This document shows, in pieces, positions 44,567 through 57,555 of a stretch of 64,000 bases of DNA. Numbering within the stretch: position 1 is the first letter of the stretch; the number at the start of each line of letters is the position of its first letter. The DNA is taken from assembly GCA_002269645.1 (NCBI GenBank), contig NIVC01000511.1, forward strand, positions 416,877 through 480,876, in the 5' to 3' direction. Source of the stretch: Macrostomum lignano (Eukaryota). The position numbers were made by a program, and so were the translations under genes. The notes below the pieces were generated by a model. It was not told the origin of the DNA and did not search any database. It saw nothing but the letters and a program-made list of their open reading frames with translations.

Positions 44567-45859
44567 GGGAGGGGCGAGCCTAAAGGGAAAGGGCTAACTG
44601 CAGAGGAGTGGGTGGCAGAAGGAGAAAGAAATGGGCCATGCAACTAGAACTGATAGATAAAAACTTTAATTCACGAATGAAAAAGACTGTTCCGCTAGAA
44701 AGAGAACTGCACGAAATGAATGCAGGCAAAAATGATGACAGGCTTCACTGCGCAACGAATTATAATGTATCCATCGCTTTGTAATTAGTAATCAACAGAA
44801 ACAAAATTGGAAATTCGATCCGATCAAAGAAGAGTTACTTATAATAATTATTATTATCAATTAGTTGCACTCAGCCCCGAGCGAAGGGTTATATTGATAA
44901 AAGTTGTGAAATTAAGTATACAGATCTCTTTGCACGGGTGTACGCTATTTATTATACAAACAATAATTTCTGTACAATATAACGCGATATGCACATACTC
45001 GCTATAGTTTTATAGCTATAATCGCGTTGAGACAGGGAGAAGGAGGAAAAAACACACAATGTTGCTTTTTGAGTCACTTTCAGCTAGACCGGCGATCGGC
45101 ATTTGTTAGTGCGCGGCAGTCTAGCAGTGCTTTTAGGAGCAACAGACACAGACAGAGCGCACATTTAGCAGAGACAGATAGAGTGGAGAAAGAGAAATTA
45201 GGGGCCACAGAAGAAGTCAAGCTGGATGCGGGAAACACAGTGTTAGCGCATCATTGTGCAGCTGGCTCCGAGATGACAGAATATCAATGGAATCAGCAGC
45301 AGAAGGCAGAGTAAGCAAAGCAAATGGCATGGCAACTAATAATTTTATTTTTGGAACAAAGAAGAAAACATGACATATTCGCAGACGACACACAGATTTA
45401 CTGGCCTGTCGGGGGTCTTTGTGCATTTAAGTGACAGTGAAACAATCGGCATATTATTTAATAAAGCAAGGCAGGCAGACACAAATCGATAAGCGGGCAG
45501 GCTGTGGTGCTGTGCTGCACACACAAGGAGACTGAATATTTACTGCCTGTTAAAAAAGAAACGATTAAGAATTGCATTGTGCGCAGCACTTCCGCTTGGC
45601 GACAAGCGCGCAGAAAAAAACATTAAAACGACAAAGCAGGTAGAAAAACACAAAGAAACCTGTCCACTATCAGATACAGGGGACACACAATTGATCGAGT
45701 TAAAAAATTCTTTAGCAGAAAGAAGAAAAACAAAAAGAAACAAATTAATCAGACAAACTGGTGCAGGTAAATACGATGAGAAATTGAATAGGGGCTGCAG
45801 AGCGCAGGATAAATAACAGTAACTAAAAACATAATACTTGAATAAACTGGATTGGAGAG

Positions 45860-48800
45860 TCAGGACTTCGCTTCGGCCGCTGCCGCCTCTTCCAGGTCGA
45901 TCTGCAGGTCGCCCGGGCTCGACGCTTCAGAGCCGCCGCCGCTGTTTTTCGCCGACGGCGCGGTCTCCCCCGTGCTGTTAGGCTTCGGCGGCGCTGACGA
46001 CGCCGCGGAGGCAGCACCAGCCGAGATGCCGTTCGAGCCGTCGACCGCGGCCGCAGCGGCTGAGTTCGAATTCGCCGACGCATTGGACTGGCCGCTAGCG
46101 GGCGAATCGGAGGCGGCGGCCGCTGCAGCGGCGGCCGCTGCAGCGGCCAAATGCCGCTTTTTCAATGGGACAGCGGCGCCCGAAGCCGGCTGCGACGACT
46201 CCGAGCAAGACGGCGTCGATTGCTGCTGCTGCTGCTGCTGCTTTAGTGGCGGCGTTTCTTCAGCGCGGCTAGCCACCTGCTGCTGCTGTTGGTGCCGCTG
46301 CTGCTGCTGCTGCTTCTGTAACTGAAAATCGTCGCTGATAATTTTGTCGATGTGATCGCCGAATGTTAGAACTGAAGCACCTGCTATTGAAGCAGCCGTT
46401 GCGGCTGCGACAGTTGCTGGCGAGGACACAGATGGCGCCGAGGAGGAAGTGACAGCGGCTGACGGAGCGGAAGCGGCCGTCGGGAGCTGGGAACTGGCGG
46501 ACAAGTGATGCACCGCCTGCTGCTGGTGAGGATTATGATGATGGTGGTGGTGGTGGTGATGATGATGCGGATGCTGCGGCTGCGGCTGCTTCTGCTGCTG
46601 CGGATGAGGATTCTGGTGCTGTGATTGAGAATGGTGCTGTTGATGATGCTGATACTTGGCCTGCTTTGCCTGATGCTGCTGCTGCTGCTGTTGTTGAAGA
46701 TGCGGCCGCTTAGCAGCCTGCTGAGACTCTTTGTGCGGATTCAAATTGGTGCTGATCTGATTCTGAATAATCACGTCAATCAGAGTGGCTGCTGTCATCA
46801 TATTCTCCGAGCTAGAGCTGGTCACCAGGCCGATTGACGATTCACTGGCTGCGGTGGTAGCGTTGGCCCCGTGATGAAAGCGCCTGGGCTGAGGCTGAGG
46901 CTGGTGCTGCTGGCGCTGTTGTTGTTGTTGCTGCTGCTGCTGCTGCTGCATCTGCTGTTGCAGAAGCATTGTCTGCTGCTGCGGAAACGGATGCGGGTGA
47001 AGATGCTGAGAGTGCGGCGGAACCTGCGGAGGTGGAGGAGGCGGCGGCGGAAGCAGCTGTTGCGGCGGCTCCTTAGCGGCAGGCGGAGCCATAGGCGGCG
47101 GCATGCGCTGCTCATTGGCCATACGCTGCCTTCTGTTAGCCAGTACGTGATAGAGCTGGCTGGCTTCGGAGCTGGTCCTGGTGCGCTCGGCGTCGCTCAT
47201 AGCCCGACCTCGGAAGGTGAACGGCTCGACCTCTTCGCGATATTTCTGCTCAGCCTGAGCTGCGAAATAATCAGACTGAGACATTAGCTGCGGTGGCGGC
47301 GGCGGGGGCGGGGGCGGCGGCAGCGACTGTGGCACCATCTCGTACATCATTGACTGGTGCTGGGAGGAAGAAGGGTGCATCGGATGCTGCTGCCTCTGCT
47401 GCTGCTGATGATGATGCTGGGATGGTGACACAGGCATCCCACCGTGTGGCGGCGCACCGGGACCACCAAGTCTCTGAGCGGCGAGAAAGTTTTCCTGGAT
47501 AATTGCGCGTGTGTTGGCAGCTTGATCGCTGCCGCCGCCGCCCCCGCCGGCCGGTGAGAACGGAGGGGGCGGAGGCGGGTGCGGAGGAGGCGCCGTCTTA
47601 ACCAGCGGCGGGGGTGGCTGCTGCTGCTGCTTTTGTCGGTGCCGCATCATGTCTGCGGCTGCGGCGGCTTGTTGTTGCGCTGCCGAGGCTGAGTAATCGA
47701 ATCGATTCATTGGCATTTTTGGAGAAGACGACGAGTTTCGTACAACGGAGGCTGGCTGCGACGGTTGCTGTACTGGATAAGGCCTGGACACAATCAGGCT
47801 GGCTGGCAGCTGCTGCGAGGCTGGAGGCGGCGGTCCCGAAACTGTTGTGAGATTCTTCTCTATTGTTATATTAATCAAATCTTTGATTGACTTCTGCGGC
47901 GACTCCTCGGCGACTGACGCGCCCATTGACGCGGCCGGCATCGGGGACAACGCCGTCAACCGGCCGCCGAGACTGCTGTTGCCGCCAGGTGACGAGGAAG
48001 CGGCGGCTGCGGCGGCAGCGGATGGCGGATTGAGAGTCGCTGTTGGAGCCAGCGGACTGGAGGACTGGCGGCTGGCGCTGGGCGGCCGCAGCGGCGACCG
48101 ATGCGGCGGTGTCGAATGCGGCGTCTGTTTTGCTTGCTGCTGAGGCGGCTGCTGCTGCTGCTGCTGCTGTGGCGGCGGCGGCAGGGGAGGCGTAGACGAA
48201 GGTGGCGACTCCTGCTGGCTGGACTGCGGTGGGACTGACGGCTCCGAATTGGTCCCGTCGGCATTCGAAACGGCGACAGTGGGATTTGCCGCGGAGGCGG
48301 GAGCAGCAGCCGCGGGGCGGCCGAGGATGCACCGCCTCCAGTTCGGTTGGCTTCGATGACTTTCCGCCGGCGAATATTGTGCTTCTTATACAGCTGCTTG
48401 TAGGCTTCCTTCTTCTTGGTCAGATAGTAGAACTGCACGCAATCCGGCACGGATTTGTTCTCCAGAAAGGCGGCAATCGCTCCGAAATTTTTTCCATACA
48501 ACAGGAACTTTTCCTTGAACGTGGCCCTCTCGTGCGGCAGCCATCTGAATGACAGGTCCTGATCGGCGTTCCACAGTTGCACGGGATCGCCTCGAACTAG
48601 TCCGTTGCTATTAGCAACCAAGCGACGCCGTTCCCATGGCGGCAACAGCATAGGCGGCAGCACGGCTAAACTCTTCATCCGCTCTTCCTCTTCACGGGCA
48701 TTCTTAATCGTGTCAACCATCTCGTTGACTTCGGCCTCGCTTCGGGCGGCCGGCTGGGCGTAGAAGCGTTCCATTCGCTCCTTCTCTTCGCGACTTTTGC

Positions 48801-51719
48801 GCACCTCGGGGAAGTATTTCTCAAAATAGTCGCGCGATTTAGCGTCGCGCTGTTTGCGCTTAGCGCTATTGCCTAGCCGCTCTAGCCGGCGGGTCCACTG
48901 CCGCTGCAGCTGGTCGTAGTTCTCCCGCAGGTGCCGCTCCCTGTGCGCGTTGGCCAGCACCAGCCGGCGAATGTGGTGAATTAGTCGGGGCTTGAACTCC
49001 TGGTGGCGCAGCTCCTGATCGCGAATCGCCGGCACGTCGGACGGTTGATTGTAGAGCGGCAGCACTCGGAAGAAACTGTCCGGGCCGCCACGGTCTGGCC
49101 GATCTAGCAGGCCGCGGCCGGCAGTCTCGGCAATCTGACGATGACTGTCGCGAGCTTTGCGACGATTGTCGGCCAGCACGGCGGCGAAGGGGTTCACCAG
49201 GCGCTGGGCCAGCTCTTCCTCTTCGCGACGGCGGCCTTCCTCGGTTTCGCCTTGGCGCGCCTTTAACTGCAGCTTCTCCAGCTCGGAAGTCTTGGCTGCC
49301 AGCTGATCAACTGTGCTTTTTATCTCCGATTCGATGTTGATCAGCTTCTGTCCGACATCGTTCTTTTCTTTTTGCAGCTTTTGCTCGTTGCGGGCGTCCT
49401 CGGGAGCGGGGCTGATTGCCTCCACCTGCGATAGTGCGATTGTGGGTAGTGCAATTGAAAATTATTCTCTGAACTCATCACTAGCGTCCGCTGGAAACCA
49501 TAGCGAAGACGCTTGGCTTGCTTCTAAATATTTGAGTTCATTTTGAAAATTTTTTAGAACCATCTTTAGAATTCCTCAGCAACAACCATTTTCGTTTTCT
49601 TTTAAAAGCGTTTTGAAAATTCCGTTTTTAAACACCTTGAAGAAACCAGCTCAATGATTCCACAGAAACCATCTCAATGATTCCACAGAAACCATCTCAA
49701 TGATTCCACAGAAACCATCTCAATGATTCCACAGAAACCATCTCAATGATTCCACAGAAACCATCTCAATGATTCCACAGAAACCATCTCAATGATTCCA
49801 CAGAAACCATCTTAATGATTCCACAGAAACCATCTCAATGATTCCACAGAAACCATCTCAATGATTCCACAGAAACCATCTCAATGATTCCACAGAAACC
49901 ATCTCAATGATTCCACAGAAACCATCTCAATGATTCCACAGAAACCATCTCAATGATTCCACAGAAACCATCTCAATGATTCCACAGAAACCATCTCAAT
50001 GATTCCACAGAAACCATCTCAATGATTCCACAGAAACCATCTCAATGATTCCACAGAAACCATCTCAATGATTCCACAGAAACCATCTCAATGATCCACA
50101 GAAACCATCTCAATGATTCCACAGAAACCATCTCAATGATTCCACAGAAACCATCTCAATGATTCCACAGAAACCATCTCAATGATTCCACAGAAACCAT
50201 CTCAATGATTCCACAGAAACCATCTCAATTATTCCACAGAAACCATCTCAATGATTCCACAGAAACCATCTCAATGATTCCACAGAAACCATCTCAATGA
50301 TTCCACAGAAACCATCTCAATGATTCCACAGAAACCATCTCAATGATTCCGCAGAAACCATCTCAATGATTCCACAGAAACCATCTTAATGATCCCACAG
50401 AAACCATCTCAATGATTCCACAGAAACCATCTCAATGATTCCACAGAAACCATCTTAATGATCCCACAGAAACCATCTCAATGATTCCACAGAAACCATC
50501 TCAATGATTCCACAGAAACCATCTCAATGATCCCACAGAAACCATCTCAATGATTCCACAGAAACCATCTTAATGATCCACAGAAACCATCTCAATGATT
50601 CCACAGAAACCATCTCAATGATTCCACAGAAACCATCTCAATGATTCCACAGAAACCATCTCAATGATCCACAGAAACCATCTCAATGATCCACAGAAAC
50701 CATCTCAATGATTCCACAGAAACCATCTCAATGATTCCACAGAAACCATCTCAATGATTCCACAGAAACCATCTCAATAATTCTGCAGAAACCATCTCAA
50801 TGATCCCACAGAAACCATCTCAATGATTCCACAGAAACCATCTCAATGATTCCACAGAAACCATCTCAATGATTCCACAGAAACCATCTCAATGATTCCA
50901 CAGAAACCATCTCAATGATTCCACAGAAACCATCTCAATGATTCCACAGAAACCATCTCAATGATTCCACAGAAACCATCTCAATGATTCCACAGAAACC
51001 ATCTCAATGATTCCACAGAAACCATCTCAATGATTCCACAGAAACCATCTCAATGATTCCACAGAAACCATCTCAATGATTCCACAGAAACCATCTCAAT
51101 GATTCCACAGAAACCATTTCAATGATTCTGCAGAAACCAAATCTTAGATTTAGCAGACACTTCTAATATTTTTATTGATATAGGCTGAGGATATACGCAC
51201 CTGAGGATGATACAGCTCGCCCTTCTGCCTGCCCGCCCCAGGCGGATCGTGTCGCTGTTGAATGAGCTGAATACGCGGCTTGTCAGACTGCCGCCTGTCC
51301 ATGGCGTACCGATAGGGGTCGGGGACCCGGTCCTTCTTGGGCGTGTCGGGCGTTATCATAGTGGTGGCGTAGCCGGGCACAGTTCCGCTTGTTGATGAAG
51401 CGGCAGCCGCGCCCATCGCAGCCGGATGATGGTGGTGATGATGCTGCTGCTGAGCAGGCGGACCTTTCACATGCAGTGTTGAAGGTCTAGCTCCAGATGG
51501 TAGTGGCTGCGACGGAGGCGGCGGCGGAGGATGATGCTGCTGTTGAGGCGGCGGCGGCGGATGATGATGATGATGATGCGCTGCAGATGCGGACACCCCG
51601 TGTAAAGCGGCGACAGCGCCCGCAGTGGTGACAACGGGTGGAGCGGCACCGCCGGCAGCGCCAGCCGCTTCTGGATGATGCTGCGAATGGTGCATCACCT
51701 TGCTGTTCTCAGTGCCCAT
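45860..51719 (-). CDS. NCOR: Nuclear receptor corepressor (NCoR/SMRT family). 2 coding exons (51719-51201, 49425-45860) with an apparent 1-nt frameshift at ~48315; ~1360 aa
   Basis: YHPQ|VEAISP splice junction. GPS2-binding region PLYNQPSD...AKSRDYFEKYFPEVRKSRE. DAD/SANT1 WLPHERATFKEKFLLYGKNFGAIAAFLENKSVPDCVQFYYLTKK. CoRNR boxes TAATLIDVIIQNQI and TFGDHIDKIISDDF resemble the NCoR1 interaction domains. Confidence 0.92.
49641..51139 (+). repeat. 23-bp minisatellite (ATTCCACAGAAACCATCTCAATG), ~65 copies, filling most of the NCoR intron
   Basis: Direct periodicity. Confidence 0.97.
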
Positions 51720-52382
51720 GGCTATAAATATGCTGCGCTATTGCTGCTTGCTGCCGCTGCTTGATTGGCCAATGGGTCTGGCGGGAAAAGCGACAAGCTG
51801 AAATTGGTGAATAGAAATTCAACAATAATATTTACAAACAGTTCTTGCCAACCAGCTATCATTATAAAGTTGTATATCATTATTTCATTATAAATAATAT
51901 ATTTAGAGCATGAAAATACAACATTTAGTATAGCACATATAATAGGTAAAGCAATACAATATATAAATACATTGTAGGACTACTATGTATGCATAGTGTA
52001 CTTTGCACTTTGGGACAAACTCTTAATATCCCTATTGTACAACTATACAGTTTCTACAAATATTTGGCTATGTCAGATAGGCCCAGACCTTTTAGCTAGC
52101 TAAAAGTCTACCTTATTTATTTATATTGTTATTTATGCCTTCATTTATGAGCTATAAGCCCATAATCCATAACACTCTTGACTTTTCAAACTCTAACTTT
52201 TTAGTCTTTTATTCCTTCTAAGCCTTTTATCAAATTGTAACATATTTTGCCCAAGTGTTACACCTCTAATACCTATAGATAGGATGATTCCTATGAAGAA
52301 GATAGAATTAAACAAGTAATAATTTTTGTTGAACTATATAATTAAAAGCTTAAAAATGCATTTTAACAACTATTTGATACTG

Positions 52383-52909
52383 AAATCTTTGTACAAAGTG
52401 TAAAGTATATTAATATTGTTGAATAAAAACATACCTACAATCAATGAATATCAAATATACAATTAGTTTGCATATTCATATAATAAATATTTAATAGATG
52501 ATCATATAAAATTAGATTCTTCAACTAAATGGTCAAAATTAAGTGATTTTTTACTTACTATTTATTCAAGGCTTATATGATTTCTATAAAGTAAGTAAAG
52601 AGAATTTAGGGAGGGAATTAAAGCTAAGACAACAAGTGGAATATCTTGAGGAAAGACAGGGGTGCTTGAGCAGTTGCAAGCACTTTGTGCTCAGATTTGA
52701 GGCTTTAGGAAAAGTGGAGCATTAACAACTAAGTGGCATTTAGTCCAGGTCTATTTGATTAAACAAGAAATAAAGATTTGCAAGCCTACTAATTCAGGGC
52801 TGCTAAAAAGAATATAGCAGATATTAAAGACAATATGCTCACAACAAGAAATATAGCAAGATATTTTTAAAAGTTTAAATGTTACAACTCATGGCTCCAC
52901 TAAAGAACT
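52383..52909 (+). repeat. 527-bp segment duplicated at 56261-56787 (about 4 substitutions)
   Basis: Base-by-base identity from AAATCTTTGTACAAAG to TAAAGAACT. Confidence 0.95.
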
Positions 52910-54149
52910 TACATATATGGCAACTAGTCCATATTTAAAATTGCTTTGATAACAATTTATTTTGAATAAATTTATTTAACTATCAATTAGCACTACTGGC
53001 AAATGACTGATAAGTAGAGAGGTAAGAATATTACTGACTAAGGATTAAAGTCATTGGGCAAGATTAGGATTATGAATAGTTCCTTTTTAGATTTAGGATT
53101 GGGATTAGGATTTGGGAATTGGGATCAACTCTTATTTTTTAGTATACTTAGTTTATGGGTCCACATAGAGTTGAAAAAATCTGAACAAACTTTATCAAGA
53201 TCAATAGGTAAAATATAACAAGTACATGCTAAAACAAAATATAGTTAAGTAATTATTAATTCTATATTTTGAATTAAAAACATATTTCTAATTTTTATTT
53301 TTAGTATGAGCTGCATAAAATGCAATCATACTTGCAAAGGATAGCTGCACCTAAAACTTGCTGCGTAATTTGCATTTTGTTCTATGTAGCCTATAAGAGT
53401 TTATATTCCCATGCGCATGTTCTTTAGTGTTTTAAATAAAAAAGGAGAGACAATGGAGGCACTCGCTTCACTTTTCTCTCACCTATATCTGTGGGCCCAA
53501 AGGCATGGCTATTGCCTTGGCTAGGCTGTAGACCATAGCAGCCTAGGCCTAGAAAAACTGTTTTGAGTTCAATTCTTTGTTATCCAACGTGAGCAGAAGG
53601 TATAGGCAGGACGCAAAAAATCCTACCTGTTACATTTAGAGATAGGATCCTAATCCCATAGAAATACAATTTTTTTGGGATCCTAAGACTTTAGGATTTG
53701 GATCAAGATCTTATTTGACCTCTACTTATTATTATACTTGTCAAACTATAGCTAAGATTAATGTTTTTGCTTTTAATACTAAAAAAGTGTGGTTTTAAAG
53801 ATTTAAGCAAAAAAGCAATATATACATTATAGCAAAATATAGTTAGACATAAGGGGATAGCAAGTCAATTTGCTAAAAGCAAGTTCTTTTACCAAAAAAT
53901 ATCTATCTTGCAATGATCTATATTATATATACACATTTGCATATTTCATTGAAAGTATCTTTTAATATAGTTTTGCCTACCTGCAGTCACAAATTGCCAT
54001 TGTTATATTATTTTCCCTTATATGCAAAAAAGCAACATTAACAAAAAGAAGTGATTTGCAATTGATAATGCAATTTAATGCCATCCCAAAAGTTTATGCA
54101 ATTATGTTGTAGTTTGACTAGGCCCCTAATATCACAATAAGATGATTTT

Positions 54150-54490
54150 TCACAGGGATTCATAATATGATGCAATATATATAATGGTTTGTTCCTAGCA
54201 CTTGGGCAACTTCTAAATGCTGTTTGCAATACCCAAATCACCTTGGTGTTTTAGAAGTCAGCCAATCTTAAAGAACTTATTTAGGTATTGATACTGGCAA
54301 CCTCAAGTCCTTTGTAAAAAAATTGGTTAGATGGTAGATAAAGGAATTTCACTAAGTTCTGCCACTCTTAAACCAATTTTATTGCTTGCATACAGCATGT
54401 TGATATAGTGCATCCTTGCCATATGCATCTATAAGTTGCTAATGGACTTGTATAGGGCTTAGCTAACATTCCTTGTAGCTATTCAGTTTT
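54150..54490 (-). mobile_element. Heavily decayed mariner-type transposase N-terminus (HTH)
   Basis: Stop-riddled translation LSPIQVH*QLIDAYGKDALYQHAVCKQ*NWFKSGRT and downstream EVAQVLG resemble the mariner pattern SP.EIH.QL..VYG..A.....V..W...FKSGRT ... EIA..LG. Confidence 0.5.
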
Positions 54491-55320
54491 GATATAACAT
54501 TGCTACTTGTTCTATAGGTCATATTTCCCCTTGCAATATTGGCCAAGGCCAAGGAGGGAAAACAATAGTGAGAAGAATTACAGTAGTAGCAATATAGGAA
54601 AAATACAAATAGGCCTATCTCAAGTATATAGAAAATTATTGCTACTAGCCACAGGGCCACTGTGATAATAACTATAGCTAGGCCTACTAAAGTGATATCT
54701 ATGATAGAAATCAATCAATTGCACAAACTTTTGAGATAGGCCTACCCTTTGTACCATTGATACTAAATATTATTATTTGAATTAACTTTAAATAATAACT
54801 AATAAGATTGAAGATTGAAGAAGAGATTGAAGATTTAGAAGATTAAAATTAAGATGGGTTTTTAGCAAATTGAGTTTTAAAATTTAGTAAATCATAAATT
54901 GAATAAATAAACTTTTGCCAAAATGGTTTTGACAAATCATCTAATATTCAAGTTAGGGCAATAAAGGCTAGGCTATAATTAAAATGAATGCTATCAATAA
55001 CATTAAAATTAAGGCCTATTCACTGCAAGGAAAACTCTTAAAGTCCCTAGGTAAGGTTAATGACCCAAACAATAGATTTCTATGCAATATGGCATAATCA
55101 TATCATTGTATAATTAAGATTGCAAGTCCAAGGACTAGAGTCAAAGTAAATATTAAAGCAATTTTAGTAACTTTCTATATAATTAAAATTAATTAGGCCT
55201 AAAATAACTTAATAAGTGATAACTTAGGCCCTAGGCCTAAACTATTGTTGTTATTATAACTTTTATTTGATGACTACTGGCTATGCCTAGGGCCTATAAG
55301 TATGGGATAGGCCTATTAAT

Positions 55321-55628
55321 GGCAATGGCTAGAGTTCTAGCACCGGAACCCATTTTTTAATGGCTATGGATCTGGCAGTGCCATTATAATATAGATAGAA
55401 CATTATAGGCCTATTTTTCTTTCTACAGGTGGCTGATATTAGGATTTTGTTCTAGATTAAAATTTAAGATGGACAATATGAATCATGATAAGATTCGGGA
55501 CGAGATGCTTTTAATATTCAGACTTCTTAAGATATGTTCTTAGCAGTCTTTATATGCTTCTATACAGCACTGCCGGATCCCTAGCTGTTAGAAAACGAGT
55601 TCCAGTGCCGGAACTCTAGCCATTACCC
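55321..55628. mobile_element. MITE with ~68-bp imperfect terminal inverted repeats
   Basis: 55321-55388 (GGCAATGGCTAGAGTTCTAGCACCGGAAC...) versus the reverse complement of 55561-55628 (GGGTAATGGCTAGAGTTCCGGCACTGGAAC...). Confidence 0.8.
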
Positions 55629-56138
55629 CTATTAATAGTGGTAAGCTAAGCTTAAATAAAAAGGGAGGCAGTACCTCAGAGCATCCAAATGCTTTGGCTC
55701 AGAACCTCAGGTGACGCTAATGCATAGAAAATGAAAGAAATAGGCCATACGCCCATAGTACCTAAATGTATTATTGTATTAATATTATTATTATGAGTAG
55801 GGCCTAACATAAATTCTACAAAGCGTTAATCATGTCTACACATTTTTGTGAAGGCTTTAGTGGTACTAAAGGAGATTCCATTTCAAACAAATATTTTGTG
55901 AATGATTTTTTATTTTAACGATACAATAAATCTCACAACAAAATATAACTTTTCATAATTTTTATTTTGCAGAGACTTCGGGGGTTTTATTTTTGTTGCA
56001 CAAAACTCACGCGATAAAAATTCAATTTTTTTGCACTACAAGCAAACTAGTCTAGTTTTAAATTCAGAGTGACCTGTAGCCCTCACAAAGTCGTTTCTGA
56101 CCCTTTTCTTGCCCTTTTTAAAACATTTTTATGTGGTT

Positions 56139-56889
56139 TTAGCTGACTCCCTAACCTGAATCTTTAGGCATTGGTAGGCTAAGATAAAAACTGCTAAATC
56201 CTAGAAACTCAAACAATAGCAAATTTGTATGAGAAGGATCTTTGTTTGTACAAAGTGTACAAATCTTTGTACAAAGTGTAAAGTATATTAATATTGTTGA
56301 ATAAAAACATACCTACAATCAATGTATATCAAATATACAATTAGTTTACATATTCATATAATAAATATTTAATAGATGATCATATAAAATTAGATTCTTC
56401 AACTAAATGGTCAAAATTAAGTGATTTTTTACTTACTATTTATTCAAGGCTTATATGATTTCTATAAAGTAAGTAAAGAGAATTTAGGGAGGGAATTAAA
56501 GCTAAGACAACAAGTGGAATATCTTGAGGAAAGACAGGGGTGCTTGAGCAGTTGCAAGCACTTTGTGCTCAGATTTGAGGCTTTAGGAAAAGTGGAGCAT
56601 TAACAACTAAGTGGCATTTAGTCCAGGTCTATTTGATTAAACAATAAATAAAGACTTGCAAGCCTACTAATTCAGGGCTGCTAAAAAGAATATAGCAGAT
56701 ATTAAAGACAATATGCTCACAACAAGAAATATAGCAAGATATTTTTAAAAGTTTAAATGTTACAACTCATGGCTCCACTAAAGAACTCACACTTAGCTGA
56801 CTCCCTAACCTGAATCTTTAGGCATTGGTAGGCTAAGATAAAAACTGCTAAATCCTAGAAACTCAAACAATAGCAAATTTGTATGAGAA
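56139..56889 (+). repeat. 97-bp direct repeats (56139-56235, 56793-56889) bracketing the second copy of the 527-bp segment
   Basis: Identical TTAGCTGACTCCC...TTTGTATGAGAA on both sides. Confidence 0.92.
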
Positions 56890-57555
56890 TGAGGCTATGA
56901 TTAGCTCCCTAGGTCTCCATGAAGCTTTTATTGGCTAATTCCCTATGTTAAAATATTTTTTCTTATTTATTTCCCCTTGGTTTAGGGTTAGAAGTTTGAC
57001 AGGAGATTTTTTTAAGATTTCAAGGCTACATGTAGCTTATTAAAAAATGTGTATTACATTTCTTTGGCTCCCCAACAGGGTGCATAGATTGCTAGTGCAT
57101 GAACTGATTTTCAAAACAAAACAGTTTTATACTATAATTTTTTGTAATATTCTAACATCTTAAAAAAGTATTAAAGTTTTTAATCATGGATTATTGAATT
57201 ATTGTTTGCAAATGTTTTTTATACTAAGCAATTATTGTAATATACTCCAAGAAATTTGAAAAGAAACTTTTGTTTAAAACTTTTTGCTACAAATAGCTAT
57301 TGCTATCAATATATATTTTTCTTTTAAATAATATATTAGGTAGGCCTATAGATTGTATTTAATCAATCTAAGAACTCTTAGATTAGATTGAGATTATTTC
57401 TTTTAAGAATCCATTCAATATAAACTCTATCCCATGGTTCAACTTTGTTTATGATCATATTAATTTTGGTCTTGTAGCCAACAACTACTTTTAACCAACC
57501 CAATTAAAGTGTTGTTGTGCAATTCATACCCATGAAAGCCAATCCAAAAATTTAT

